The position numbers and the translations under genes are program-made. A stretch of DNA of 64,000 bases from Octopus vulgaris (taxonomy: Eukaryota): assembly GCA_951406725.2 (NCBI GenBank), contig OX597814.1, positions 97,712,001 to 97,776,000 of the forward strand, given 5' to 3'. Position 1 is the first letter of the stretch. Each line of letters starts with the position of its first letter. Shown here piece after piece: positions 13,945-32,689 of this stretch. The notes under the pieces are model-generated. The model did not search any database. It saw only the letters and a program-made list of their open reading frames with translations, and was not told where the DNA came from.

Positions 13945-14445
13945 CCAATTGGAAATGTTATCATGTACATTGTTTTGCCTTAGTATAAAAGATGTGCTAC
14001 AGTAAATATTCTGCTCAATACCACAGATTTGCTTGTCAGTTGTTTGACCATAACCAGTTGAGCATGTCCCTCAGTAACTGACAATATGTGCATCTCTGAT
14101 CACAAGCAGAAGTAGTGGGAGAGCATCATAGCCATGTGTTGAGAGGAATTCTTTGGGGTTTGAATAATTCACTTTTGGAAACATGGGTGTTTTGTTCAAC
14201 ATCCTTAAACAAACCTTATTCAGGAACCTTTTGAGCAGGATGGGCTACTCAACCTGAAAAAAATTGTAATTGGGCCCCACCTGCAATGGCCTTGTGCTGT
14301 CTATCTTGATATAAGATCACCATGTTGTGCACATGTAGTTGTAATGCATGTGCCTGGTGTACCTTTATCAGACAGGTAGTCATGATGGTTATATTGGGCT
14401 TTGTACCCCAGTTTCAATGTGATGGCATGCGCTGCTCTCTTGCTC
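13945..14445. repeat. Dispersed ~500-bp repeat of unknown class (second copy at ~59215-59700)
   Basis: Shared sequence tataaaagatg(g/t)gctacagtaaatattctgctcaatac...gagcagaagtagtg...gggcccca; both copies end at (AAT)n. Confidence 0.75.
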
Positions 14446-15493
14446 AATAATAATAATAAAAATAGTAATGATAATATCTTATATGTATGTCTGTATATCA
14501 ACTTATGTGCAGTGGCAATGTATTCGCATGCATAAATTAGACACAACAAACACACTGATATGCATAAATACAAAATATGTGTATGTATATATATATATAT
14601 ACACACACACACACATCAATGCATACACAAGTACAAATACAGAAAATCGTATATAAAGTAAATAAGCAGCGGACAAGTGTAGAAAATTAAGAACTTATTT
14701 GAAATGCTATTAAAAGCTAAAGTGGTCAAAGAGTTAAAGTAGTGTTAGTGCTTTGCTCTGTGTACAGGTGATTCAATGGAGCTAAGTTGTAATTATTTTT
14801 CTTTTTAAAAACTGTTTACAATGTTTGACCAAGTGAAATGAGTACAATTTTAGTATGGCCTTTATATATCCCATTTATTTTCAGCTTTTTTGCATTTTAC
14901 TTTTAATAATATACGCTTAACATAACTCTCTTATTTCCATCATTCAGCAACCTAGTTGTTATCTCATTTTGAAGCAACTAAAATGTAACTATACACACAC
15001 ACAAACACACACACGCACACACAGAATGTTTTCATACATATGCATATGCAGAATGTACATAGACACATACTCATGAAAAGCTAAGTTTAAACTTATCATA
15101 ATTATCACCATCCCCTTATAGAGACAACTGATATACATTTACATTCGCACAATCTGTTCAAAACACACACACAAACTGCAATCAAATTAAAAAGAGAACA
15201 TCTAAGTTGTGTCATGATCTGCTAGAAACAGCAGTCAAATCACCCTGCCATTAAACCCTACCCACTTACAGAAAGAAAATTATGTCATATAATGTAATCT
15301 TAAATGCACTATATCTGACAAAAATATGAGATTGTCATGGCTGGAATGCCTTTGATCAGAAATCTGCTCATCACAGCTGATGTATGGGTAAGCACCAGTA
15401 GCTAATAGGTTGTTGGTTAGAAGACAAGCTATTTGATATGGGATTATAATTACCTGGGTTATTAACTCCCATTTTATATAAATATTTATAAGG

Positions 15494-15700
15494 GTTTCAA
15501 ATTTCGCCACAAGGCCAGCAAATTTGGGGAAGGGGTAACTCAATTACATCAACCCCAGTGCTCAACTGGTACTTATTTTATCAACCCCAAAAGGATGAAA
15601 GACAAAGTCAACCTCAGCTGAACTCAGAATATGAAGACAAATGAAATGTCAATAAGAATTTTGCATGGAATGTTAGCACTTCTACCAGCTCACAGCCTTA
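15494..15700 (-). mobile_element. Nin/Deu-domain-like SINE
   Basis: Minus strand contains ctttcatccttttggggttgataaaataagtaccag; further copies at 49710-50110 and 62917-63920. Confidence 0.7.
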
Positions 15701-16352
15701 TAAATATTTATAATATATATATGTACCTATATAACCTATGTATCTATACAACCTTTGTCAAACTGACTGAAATGTGGTAATATCCTTATTTATGAAACTA
15801 CTGACTGACTGTTACACACCCAGGAATAAGACTTGAGATTACCAGAGAACAAATTGATCAAAACAAAGTGTAATTATATCTATAGCAAATATACACTCTA
15901 AAGATAAGATTAAGAGCACAGAAAGTACTAATATTAAACAAAAATTAAATTCTGATATGACACCAATTTTTAACATGACACAAGGACACAAAAGACAAAA
16001 GTGAACGTGATCTAAACTCAAAGATCACCATATTAGTGTGAATAATTAAAATTTTTTTTTTACTTTTCTTTTAAACTATCCAATTCCTGTGGAAACATTA
16101 ACCATCTAGATATTATTTTTAACATATACATCCTCATACACATGTATCTAAATTTCCCTGTAATGCACAGGCTTAGCTGTATCAACTGGCTCTTTAGTAG
16201 CTTTGGTTGTTTTTCTCTTCCACCCACTTCATAAGCCTGTACTGAAAATTAGAGTGATAGATGGGAAAAGAAGAACACAGAATGCAAGAAAGCGAGAAGA
16301 CCTACCTTTGTAGCTATGTATATTAGGAGTATAACACAGGAAAGTTCATTAA

Positions 16353-16572
16353 CCCTTTAGCATTCAGATATCTTTGTCAAATCTATTGCTTATTTATTCA
16401 CATTGCTTTGAATTAATTACGCATTTTCTTGTAGCTTCAAAATTTCAATGGTATGTTTGTACATTTTAAAAATGACTTTGTAAGGTAGTTGCGAGGGGTT
16501 GGATTTGATCAGTTTTGACATAAAACAGGTAAAATAGTTGGGCTAGATGTGACTGAATTAAATACTAAAGCA
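16353..16572. mobile_element. piggyBac-type MITE
   Basis: TTAA flanks, ccctttagcatt left TIR, decayed right TIR; reverse-oriented relative of 21034-21250. Confidence 0.6.
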
Positions 16573-17431
16573 TTAAATACTAAACCTCTTTTGAATTAAA
16601 TACTAAACCTCTTTTGGGGATGATGTTAATTTTCTAATAGTTTATAATAGTTATAATTAAGCAATACAGACACATCCAACAACATAACCTAAATGATCAG
16701 GAGTGAGTGAACTTGTCACAAAAATTAATATAATCTTTAAAATGCACTTAGGTTGTCATCAGTAAATTGTTATCAGAATTACGCTAACAATTAAGTCTAT
16801 ATAAAAAGGTCAAACTGTTTCATTCATAAAAATAAGTTTTACTCATATTAAAAAAAAAATTAATATAAAAGAGCATAGAGAAACAATTATTAAAAGAATG
16901 ACAGAGTCAGCAGACACTACAGCAATAAAACTTTTATCCACAAAAATGTTAATTGATTCCACAAGTTGTTGACGACCTACTTACAGGAATAATGACATTT
17001 AGTTGTGCACCACTATCATTATACTCTTTGTCTAACATACCCAGTTTGCTGGTTTCATTCATTGTATGAATATCCACTCTAGTATCTCAGAAATTACTGA
17101 GACTTGGAGATCAAATTTTTTAAATAATGATTATAGGTGCAGGAATGGCAGTTTAGTTAAGAAGTTTACTTCACAGCCATGCAGTTTTCAAGTGGTACCT
17201 TTCGCAAGTGCATTATACAATAATCTCAGACTTACTAATGCCTTCTGAGTTAAATTCAGTACGGAGAAACTTTATGGTCGCCCTTGCATGTGTGCACACG
17301 CACGTGCATGCGTGTGTGTGTGTGCGCATTTATGTTTTCACTGCTTAAAAACAGGTATTATTTATGTCCCATAACCTAGCAGTTTTACAAATAGTAGGCA
17401 ATAAGATATGTACCAGACTCAAAAATAAATA

Positions 17432-17943
17432 CCATAAATCCTCGAGTATAATCCGCATTTTCTCCCCAAAATTTAAAGGTCAAAATCCCTAGTGCGTACT
17501 ATAGACAAGGTTAAAAATGAAAATTATTTTCTAAACAATGTCCAAGTCTCTATTTGCTGCCCAGCAGTGTTTATTCAGACCCATTTTGTGATGTCGGGCA
17601 CAAAAATACCTTAAGCTAAGCCAGAAAGCAATGAAGTCGTAAAAGAATCATCCATAATATGCAGTAAGCAACATTTATTAAACGTTATTACTGTTATTTC
17701 TTTATTTTCTGCAAACAAAATGCACAAAAATGCTACACATTTGCATTATGTTATATATACAATAACAATAAAGGACGTTACCGTGTACATTTTTACAAAC
17801 CAAGGATGTTATACAGACCTCCTTGACTGAAGTTAGAGAAGGGGTGCATATTATACACAAGGTTTAGGTTTTTCAGAGGTACAGCCCCCTAAAAATCCCC
17901 TGCGTATTATACTCAAGGGCGGACTATACTCGAGGATTTACGG
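17432..17943. mobile_element. pogo/Tigger-like MITE
   Basis: TA flanks; TIRs ccataaatcctcgagtataatccgc / gcggactatactcgaggatttacgg; internal subterminal repeats of tgcgtattata-c-caagg type. Confidence 0.8.
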
Positions 17944-18437
17944 TACTAGTCATAGATATGAATGCTTAAATCCTTGAAGATGGTCACATGAGTAGATGAA
18001 TTTCTTTTTGTTTTGATATGTTTTTAATAATTTCTTCAGATTATGTAAAAGAATCGGGAATATACATCAAATGTAGCCCTACTTTGGTTCTTATGCCGTA
18101 AGAGAGTTGAAAATATAATATAAAACAGGCAACAGTTAATGTTTTTTATAGGAATTAGGTAATGCATTTCTCTAAATCAGCAGCAATGTAGATAACTATC
18201 ACAAGATAATCATCAAAACTGGGATGCCTACTACATTCTTCATAACACAGATTTCATAATAAATTGCTTTAAAAATATTGAAGAAGCTAATAAACAATAT
18301 AGAACATATATTTTGCTGCAAATAATTTAGAGCAAATTGTAAGAGTTTGCAATCACTTCTATTGAAGGTTATATTCCAAGCAATAAGAATAAGAGATTAA
18401 TATAATTTAAAAGTGAATAAATAGAATATATACTCAC

Positions 18438-18584
18438 TTGAGTTTTAGTCTCATTGATTTCCTTTACTCTGGTTTCAAGTTTAGCAACTTTTTCTTGCCA
18501 AACACTTTGGTTTTCTTGGAGTGATTTATTCATTGCACGTTCTTCTTGCAGCTCCCTCATCACTTTTGATAACTGACTGTGATA
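18438..18584 (-). CDS. BRAP: BRAP coiled-coil exon (YHSQLSKVMRELQEERAMNKSLQENQ...TKTQ)
   Basis: cag acceptor, gtgag donor, 147 nt, phase 0-0. Confidence 0.92.
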
Positions 18585-20350
18585 CTGTTATAACAGATCA
18601 TAAATCATCATTTTTTTTTCTTTTTCATACTTTTGCATTAGTTATTCAAAAACATATACTCTAATATTCCTATATTTATGCATTATGACATTCTACATAC
18701 TACTTAAATGAATAGCCTGCACAGTGGAAACCTGTGCAATTAATCCCTTGCATGTCCAAAGTATTTTCATTAGTTTGTCCTAAATGTCCAGATTTGTTTT
18801 CAGACTGTCAGTTAGCCATTGTCTCATATGCTCTGAGTAATATAAGGTTTTCTTTTCATAAGTCCCAAGTTACTCTATTGGTTGGAAAAATTGGGAAGGT
18901 GTATAATATATGATGCTTGGGCACCAGGGAAATATATCCTGTGTATGACATGTGATACACAGGATAGGCTAAGAGTTAAAAAAGAGACTAATTTCTGATA
19001 CTAATAGTTCAAGAAAATCTTAACTAAACTAGATTAGTTTTATGTGATTAATATCTTTTATCTTTTACCTGTTTTAGGCATTAGACTGTGGCCATGCTGG
19101 GGCACCACCTCAAATTTTTAGTCTAATGAATCAACCCCAGTACTTATTTTTTAAGTCTAGTACTTATTCTATCATTCTCTTTTCTCTTTTGCTGAACTGC
19201 CAAGTTATGGGGGACATAAACACACCCACACTGGTTGTCAAGTGGTAATGGAGAGGACAAACACAGATATACATACATATATATATATACGACGGGCTTC
19301 TTTCAGTTTCCGTCTACCAAATCCACTCACAAGGTTTTGGTTGGCTTGAGGCTATAGTAGAAGATGCCATGTGGTGGGACTGAACCTGAAACCACACAGC
19401 CACTCTGTCTCTGTCTGATTAGTATCAAGAAGTTCAATATTCAAGATATACTAGGAAAAGAAACTAAATGCAGTATGTGGAATTACAATCTGGAGATAGA
19501 TATGAAGGAAATAAAAATGATAAGATTTACTGGGACAATAAAGAAATAACTCGCTGAAATTGTGATAGGAAATATCTGTTAAGTAAATATAAATTACAGA
19601 GGGTCTAGGTCAATCAAACAATATCAGTAATATGATAGAGTTCAAGATAAAAATACAAAATGATTATAGGGATGACTCTCACACTAGCATCTAAACATAT
19701 ATAAAATGTTGAGTAAATTTTAAGAATCTAATCCATGCTACAATGATAAAATGATGCCAGAAACAGCAGCCAGGTTTCAATTTACCAGTACATTGAAACA
19801 CAGCCACAAGTATTATATAATTATGCTTTTAAAATAGAAATATTATTTACTTAGCTGTAAATTAGATACTATTGCCATTCTCAAAAGTATAGTTTAGAAA
19901 ATGCGGCATATAAAAGCATTTGTAACAGTAATTCTTATAAATATATATAAATTTGTGAAATCCAACTTCAGTGCCTCATAGCAATGTAACAGTTGCAATG
20001 GATATTCAGAAGCTATAGTAGTAGGGCATATACCCTTGGAAGTCCAACCAAGCCACAAAAGTACAGAATCTGCTGGCCCTACAAAGAGACATTCTCACAC
20101 AAGCAAGCACATAGTCTATTCACTAGAGGTTGGAAGCTAGCTAATTTGAAGTGGTAATTATGACCTGCCAGCCTAGCCAAGCAGGATGGCTCCATTTGAA
20201 AGCCACAACAATGCAAGGAAATGAGAAGGAAGAATTGGCAGTACATTGTGACTAAGGGAATATAACAACATCCAATAGTCTGGTCAGTACAGTGATAAAG
20301 TACAGTGATGTATATAAGTTTATAGAACTACACCAAAAATAATAAATAAA

Positions 20351-20700
20351 TCATCATCATTTAATGCCTGTTTTCCATGCTGGCATGGGTTAGACAGTTT
20401 GACTGGAGTTGGTAAGCCAGAGAGCTGCACCAGGTTCCAGACTGTTTAGGCTTGGTTTCTACAGTTGGATGCCTTTGCCAACCACTCCACAGAGTGTAGT
20501 GAGTACCTTTTACATGTCACTGGTACTGGCCCCACCAAAGATTTCATTTGGCTTGACATGTCTTCTCAAGTACAACAAATCACCAAAGGTCTCGGTCACT
20601 TGTCATTGCCTCCATGAGACTTAACATCCGAAGACCATACTTCATTGCCTCATCCCATGTCTTCCTGAGTCTACCTCTTTCACAGGTTCCCACCAAATTG
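20351..20700 (-). mobile_element. RTE-tail SINE-like repeat with a (GAT)n tail
   Basis: catcatcatttaa..ttccatgctggcatgggt..ggatgcc..ccaaccactcc; same family at 25770, 33920(+), 48080, 53345, 60990. Confidence 0.7.
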
Positions 20701-20789
20701 AATAAAAAGAATTCTGAAAATTTATGGGGGTTTTTTTCAAATATAATAAGAAATAATAATTAAGAATTTATTTTCCTTCTGTAAGATAC

Positions 20790-20903
20790 CTGAGTACATT
20801 TCTTTTCAGTTTGATTTTTCAGTCGGTTAACACGTTCTAAAGCTTCTTCCATACGATTGTGTTCATCAACCATCTGTTTATGCCTGCTCTCTCCAGCTTT
20901 CAC
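20790..20903 (-). CDS. BRAP: BRAP coiled-coil exon (VKAGESRHKQ...EKKCTQ)
   Basis: ttttag acceptor, GT donor, 114 nt, phase 0-0; KCTQ conserved. Confidence 0.88.
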
Positions 20904-21033
20904 CTAAAACATTAATACACAAACATACAGTTAATGTGGTTAATGAAAGTTTTCTTCAACAACATATGAGATATTTTACCATATCATATGAGACATTTTA
21001 TGTAATATACTTTATTCTACATAATAACATTAA

Positions 21034-21250
21034 CCCTTTAGCATTTAAAACAGCCCTATCTAGCCCAAAATGTTCTACTTGTTTTATATTCAAACTGACC
21101 AGACCAGGCCTCTTACACCTATCCAACAATGTCATTCAAATCATAACCAATCACATCATTGAAATCTCAAAGCTATGAGATAATGCATGATTAATTCAAA
21201 ACAATATGAATAAGTATTACAAGGAATAGAGTAATCTGAATGCTAAAGTG
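21034..21250. mobile_element. piggyBac-type MITE
   Basis: TTAA|ccctttagcatt ... aatgctaaagtg|TTAA. Confidence 0.75.
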
Positions 21251-22227
21251 TTAATAATACTACAATTGATAAATTTTACATCTTCAATGCTTCCACTTTT
21301 TGAAAAGAACAGGCTGCAGATATTACAGAAGCAACAAGTATTGGAAATTAATAATGACACAAAGTTATTAAAATGATGATGTTTCACGGTATTAATGCAA
21401 AGTGAAAGAAATCAAAACTGGAACCAGGAAATAGCAAAACAAAATTCTTAATTGCAAATACAAAATCTATGACAATTGGACATAATTTTCTATCAACATT
21501 TTATTTGACGAAATCCAGTGCAAATGTATCCCAAATTCTTTCTACCTTCCAACAGTTAATCATTTATTCACTAGACGACAGCTGCAATGACAAGTTTGTT
21601 TTCTTTTTGCATAACAAGGTACTTTTTTTTGTAAATGGAAATTTATATTTGACTGAATCAACTTATGTATCATACTACCCTGTGATTGAACACAGCACGA
21701 TGGAGAAGATTATATACAGTAAAGCATCTAGTCCACTACTTTACCACTTATTCTAATGCATCATCATTTTAATGTCCCCCTCTCCATGCTCACATAGATT
21801 GGACAAAATTTGTTGAGATGAGTTTTCTAAGGCCAGATGCCCTTCCTATCATTAATCCTTACTTATTTCCAAGTAATGCTTCCTACATTACCAAACATAC
21901 TTTCACAGAATACTGGAAATGAAGGACATCACATATATGATGATGACACTTATTTACAATTATCATGTCATGTCAAGGTAAGATGACAGTAACAGACACA
22001 GACACACACACACAGACATACAAACATATATACGTGTGTGTGTATATATATATATATACATAGATATATATTTCGTGTTACACTAAGAAGTGTAACTGGG
22101 GAAAGTTTTCATAATAGATGCAATTCCTATTACATATTTTTATATATATTTCTATTAATTCATCAAATAACTTCCAAACTGCAATCTCTCCCTCTAAAAT
22201 AATAATCCCTTCCCTTGTTTCTTAACA

Positions 22228-25771
<3,544 letters not shown>

Positions 25772-25914
25772 TCATCATCGTTTAACGTCCGCTTTCCATG
25801 CTAGCATGGGTTGGACAGTTCAACTGGGGTCTGGGAAGCCGAAGGCTGCACCAGGCCAGTCAGATGTGGCAGTGTTTCTACAGCTGGATGCCCTTCCTAA
25901 CGCCAACCACTCCG

Positions 25915-26590
<676 letters not shown>

Positions 26591-28368
26591 CTTTACTTTG
26601 ATACTTTGATAGGTTTCGGCCATTATTGGCCCAGGCCATGTCCAACTTAATAGCACCACCTGGTGAAGTCTTTCAAGTCAGAATTTGGGCACTATGGCCC
26701 ACTCAAGTAGAGAGTTATTGTTTACAGAGACATATCCGGGTGTAGGGGGTTTATCCGGGATTTCTTGAAGGAATCTGTCCAAAGACTTCTTGAACCCTAT
26801 AGGGTCAGTTTCTGTTTTAATGTGTTTTGGTGTAATGTTAAAGAGAGCGGGGCCAATTGAGGTGAAATAATTGTGCCGTATTGTTGTTATGAGATGAGAG
26901 TGCGATTTTTGTTTTGGGCGGATGGCACGGGGCCCAAGCCTTGGATGTACCTAAAGGTGATGCCAACATCATTTGGGCAATGCTGATGGAATATTTTCCA
27001 CATCATGCAGATGATGTAGCGCTCACGACGACGTTGGAGAGAATAGAGTTTTAGCTTTTCTAGTCGACCCCAATAGTCGAGGCCTGTCATGCCATCTATC
27101 TTTTTTGTGATTGCCCTTTGAGGTGCTTCAACTTTTATGATACCTTGTATTGTGTGGGGAGACCACAGTGGACAACAGTATTCAAGGTGGGGTCGGGCAA
27201 AAGTGGAGAAGAGAAGGATAATGGTGTGGATATCTCTCGACTGGAAAGTTCTGAGAATCCAGGAACACATTCTGCGGGCCATGTCAACTTTGGTGTTTAT
27301 ATGAGTGGCCCAGCTTACGTTGTTGTCCACAATTACTCCCAAGTCTCTGATGTTGTTGGACGCCGCGAGAGTTTCACCTGAAGGAAGGGAGTATGGGAGT
27401 TTCAGGGCATCCTCTTTTCCAAAGTGGATTAGCTCAAATTTATCCTCGTTCAGCAGCATATTGTTTTTTTCTGCCCATTGGATAACAGCCAGTAGATCTG
27501 ACTGAAGGCATGTCCGGTCACTCGCCTCATTTATGACCTTCTGTAGCTTGGAGTCATCTGCAAAGATTTTTATGTTGCTGTGCTTGATGATGTCATTAAT
27601 GTCATTAATGTAAATGATGAAAAGAAGTGGGCCCAGCACAGTGCCTTGCGGAACGCCACTACTGACTTTGGCTGGGCTTGATTTTACCCCTTCAACTACA
27701 ACATGTTGAGATCTGTCTGTCAGGAAACACTTAATCCATTTCAGTAACTTTCCAGAGACACCAATGTTGGATAGTTTTTTCAATAGGATCTTGTGATCGA
27801 CCCTGTCGAAGGCCTTACTGAAATCAAGGTAGATGACATCGGTGTTGGAGCCCTCTCCCAAAGCTCTCAAAATGTCCTCAAAGTGATGCAGGAGCTGCGT
27901 TAGGCAGTCCCTTCCATTACGGAACCCATGTTGGTTGGAGATCAGCCGTCTGTTGCTTTCCAGAAATTGGGTTATTCGAGATCTCACCACCCTCTCAAAT
28001 ACCTTGATGATATGAGAGGTGAGTGAGATCGGACGGTAATTCACTGCAAGGGACTTGTTTCCCTTTTTGAAAACTGGGACAACAGACTGGGACAGAAGGT
28101 TTTTTGGAATATAGCCAGCATCCAGTGAGTTTCTCCACAGATTAGCAAGGGGAGATGCAAGTTGGTGTCGACACACCTTCAGGACACAAGCAGGGAACCT
28201 ATCGGGGCCTACTGCTGAATTGTGTTTTATTTCGTTTATCGCCGCTAAGACATCAGGGGCACTAAACGTTATGTCCGATATAGTGTGTTGGGGGTTGACA
28301 TCACTGATACAGCCCAGATCGGCCATATCAGGATTGCTGAAAACAGAGCAGTATTGAAAACAGAGCAG
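26591..28368 (-). mobile_element. Young 5'-truncated CR1-group LINE with a nearly intact RT ORF
   Basis: 479-aa ORF 26887-28326 with NYRPISLTS, NQHGFR, YLDFSKAFD, GVPQGTVLGPLLF, FADD, RPHLEY. One frameshift near 26950; 3' stem-loop and (tatcaaag)n tail; embedded in (TA)n. Confidence 0.9.
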
Positions 28369-29285
<917 letters not shown>

Positions 29286-29771
29286 ATTTTTTGTACCGTT
29301 CACTAAAATAATTTCTTTCCTGTCTGTGTCTCTTATTTCTTGCTGCAATGGCTACTCTCTGCTACTTACTAGCTTGGGTCAAAGTCTGCCATTTTCAGCC
29401 ATTTCCAACTGTCGCCTCCACACTAATGCTTTTTTCATGACACCTTGGTAAACAATATTTGGGCTGGATATGGCTAGATTAAATGGTAAAAGGGTAATGC
29501 CCAAAATCATTTCAGGTGTTTATCAACCCCTTAGACCTCTATCCACCTACTCACACAGACCTACCCACCCACTGCAGGAGGTTAACATGGACTACTTTGC
29601 CAACCCCTGATGTGGACCATGACCTAGATACCTTCTCACCATCAGAGTTCTGAAAAGCTATTGGTAAATCCTTTATAAAATCAAAGTATCATAAAAGGCA
29701 ACACATAAGTTTCAACAAAATCTTATTCTAATATTTTATTATCAAATTTCAAACCAAAATTAAATAGTTAC

Positions 29772-29861
29772 CTGTAGAAGTGCATCCTGCTCAACTCTTG
29801 CAATTTTTTCTTCAAAATATAATCTCTGTGATTCTAACTGACTTGTTAATAAATATGTGTA
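29772..29861 (-). CDS. BRAP: BRAP exon (YTYLLTSQLESQRLYFEEKIARVEQDALLQ)
   Basis: ttcag/gtaac ends, 90 nt; highly conserved motif. Confidence 0.95.
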
Positions 29862-29914
29862 CTGAAATTTTTAAAATAAAAGTGTAAGTTTTATCTTTGA
29901 TAAAATGCATTTAA

Positions 29915-30092
29915 CACTTTTGTTACCAAATTTCTGTAGAGATACACCTCCTGTATTTCAAATATTTTTGAAAATAATGAAAGATGAATTAACATGAAAT
30001 TTTGATGAAAAGTGTTGATTTAGATCACCTTCAATTAGGGAGTTTATATCAGAAAACCAGAGGTGGTCTCAGGCAGATTGGCATCAAAAGGG
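29915..30092. mobile_element. piggyBac-type MITE (second family)
   Basis: TTAA|cacttttgttacc ... ggcatcaaaaggg|TTAA. Confidence 0.55.
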
Positions 30093-30545
30093 TTAAATCA
30101 TAATCATAATTTCATAACATAACAGGATACACAAACGCATGTAGGTGTATGATCTCTCTATCTCACACACGTGCACACACAAATAGAAATACACACATGG
30201 AAACAATCAGAAAAGCTTATATATATATATCTATATAGCTAGTTCACCTGTTTTGAAAAGTGATAAAGGTAAAAACTATTTGTGGGTAGCTTTTACTTTT
30301 AAGCTCAGACAAGTTCTGCACAAACACAACTGAAAGTGTGTACAAAATTTATGTAGAAATTTCATTTACCGGCAAGCTCAAAATACTTGAGATAAGATTA
30401 TTTTAAGCTATAAATGTAGAATTCAACAATTTTTCTAAAGATATCCTTAGTTTGTTATATTCCACCTTAAAGGTGAAGAAACATGTATATATACAAGTTT
30501 TAACATAATTGACCTCTTTGTAGTAATTAGAAATATTATTCATAT

Positions 30546-30847
30546 ACTCTTTACTCTTTTACTTGTTTCAGTCATTTGACTGTGTCCATGCTGGAGCACT
30601 GTCTTTAGTTGAGCAAATCAACCCCAGGACTTATTCTTTGCAAGCCTAGTACTTATTCTATCGGTCTCTTTTGCCGAACTGCTAAGTTACAGGAATGTAA
30701 ACACACCAGCATCAGTTGTCAAGCGATGTTGGTGGGGAACAAACACAGATGCACAAACATATACACACACACATACATACATATACGACGGGCTTCTTTC
30801 AGTTTCCATCTACCAAATCCTCTCACAAGACTGAAACAAGTAAAAGA

Positions 30848-30850
<3 letters not shown>
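30546..30850 (-). mobile_element. Octopus-type SINE, 3' portion
   Basis: Reverse complement of 8880-9160. Confidence 0.8.
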
Positions 30851-30889
<39 letters not shown>

Positions 30890-30945
30890 TGTAAATTTAG
30901 GGTGAATACTTGATAAGTGTAAGCACCTGTATATGCCAGATAGTA

Positions 30946-30986
<41 letters not shown>

Positions 30987-31097
30987 TTTCTCTTTTATTC
31001 CCACTTAAAACATTGTTTAATTATTTCTTTTACATCATTTTCAGTCATCATAAGATAAAAAGCAATAACATATTTGATGAATGATAGAGAAACTCAC

Positions 31098-31275
31098 TTC
31101 TAAAGTAAGAGCATCTAATTTTTCATATACAGCATTTCCTCTTTCATCTACTTCGACAAGTTTGCCATCAGTTTTGTTCTGTACAAGCCTATGTACGTAA
31201 TTATCACCAGCATAGTCCCATACTTTGTTGTTGCCCAATTGCATGGCATAAGTATGCTGTGTTTCTTGGAAATGT
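31098..31275 (-). CDS. BRAP: BRAP ZnF-UBP exon ([30 protein letters not shown]...ALTLE)
   Basis: tag/gtgag ends, 178 nt, phase 2-0. Confidence 0.96.
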
Positions 31276-32621
31276 CTACAATGAAATAAACAATTGAAAA
31301 ACATTAATTACTACAACTTAATAAATATATAATTGCACATATAAAATTCTTGTATTATTAGATATCCAGTTAAAAATATCATCCCGAAATCATGACAGAT
31401 ATAAGTAAAATGGCAGACAATAATTGCATGCCCTAAAATTAGTATGGTGCATTGCTAACATCTGGCCATGTATCAGAAACCCTTGACAATCATTAAATGA
31501 CTGTACCATGAACACTCTTCTTTTCAGATGTAGTAAACTGAATGTCAAGCAACTAAACCAACCAACCCAACACAGGAAAGTTCTCTCTTCCAGTCAGGTA
31601 CACCACCACTACCACTGCCATCTCCACCACCGCTGTCACTACCGTCATCATTTAACATCCATGTTCCATGTTGGCATAGGGTTGGTACCAACACTGACAC
31701 AATTATACGTAAGTCTGAAGTGATTATGAGATACTAGAGTGGAAGCAAGCAGATGTGTACTGTGTACAAGGAGAGAAGCACATGGCTCAGTGGTTGGAAC
31801 ATTGAGCTCACAATCATGAGGAAATGGGTTCGATTCCTGGACCAGGCTGTGTGCTGTGTTTTTGAGCAAAACACTTAATTTCATGTTGCTCCAGTTTACT
31901 AAGCTGTAGAAATTAGATGTGATGATACTGGTGCCAAGCTGAATCAGTCTTGGATAACATCAGAGGAGAGGCTGATATGCATGCACGAGGTGCAAACATG
32001 ACTGTTGGTTAAGGAGTCTGGTTTCTAGCCATGTGGCTTTTTGGACTGTCAATGCATTGCAAATGTAAGTTGGTTGACAGTAACCTATCGTGTGTGTATG
32101 TGTGAGTACATGTGTATGTATACATATATATGTGTGTAAAAGGTTGAAAGTAGACTTGTCCTTTAATTGGAGCAGAATAGGAACACAGGAATAGGAACAA
32201 ATAGACATGAAACTCATAGGTCCAACTTCTCTGCTCTTTCTTTTAAGTTCTCATCTTTTCTGCACTGATGAGTACTTTGATATTTGCAAATTCTGAAAAT
32301 GAATTTATATCTATGTACAAAACGATCGTATTTATGAATAAACTTCTTACAAATTTTTAACATCTTATCTCTTCCATTTTTGACAAATATGATCAGATTT
32401 GTAGAACTTCATTCTATAACTTAATCATACACTTAATATACATCATCATTATCATCATTGTTTAACGTCTGCTTTCCATGCTAGCATAGGTATATACATA
32501 TATATATATATAAAGGCCTTTCACGATACACTTCAAGCCAGGAACTTTTCAATACCTCCTCATATATATATATACTTACATATATATTTCTTTTATTAAA
32601 TAAGAGAATTTTGTAACATAC

Positions 32622-32689
32622 CTATAAGCATGTCTACCAACATACCGACCACAGCCAACATGACCACAAATCAAGCAGATCCACAGACT
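32622..32689 (-). CDS. BRAP: BRAP ZnF-UBP exon (SLWICLICGHVGCGRYVGRHAY)
   Basis: tag/gtatg ends, 68 nt, phase 0-2. Confidence 0.96.

Noticed and set aside
26600-26690. Hammerhead at the CR1-like 3' end (ggcc-aataat-ggcc-gaaac, minus strand)
   Set aside because: No CUGANGA-type core precedes the stem; better explained as the LINE 3' recognition stem-loop.
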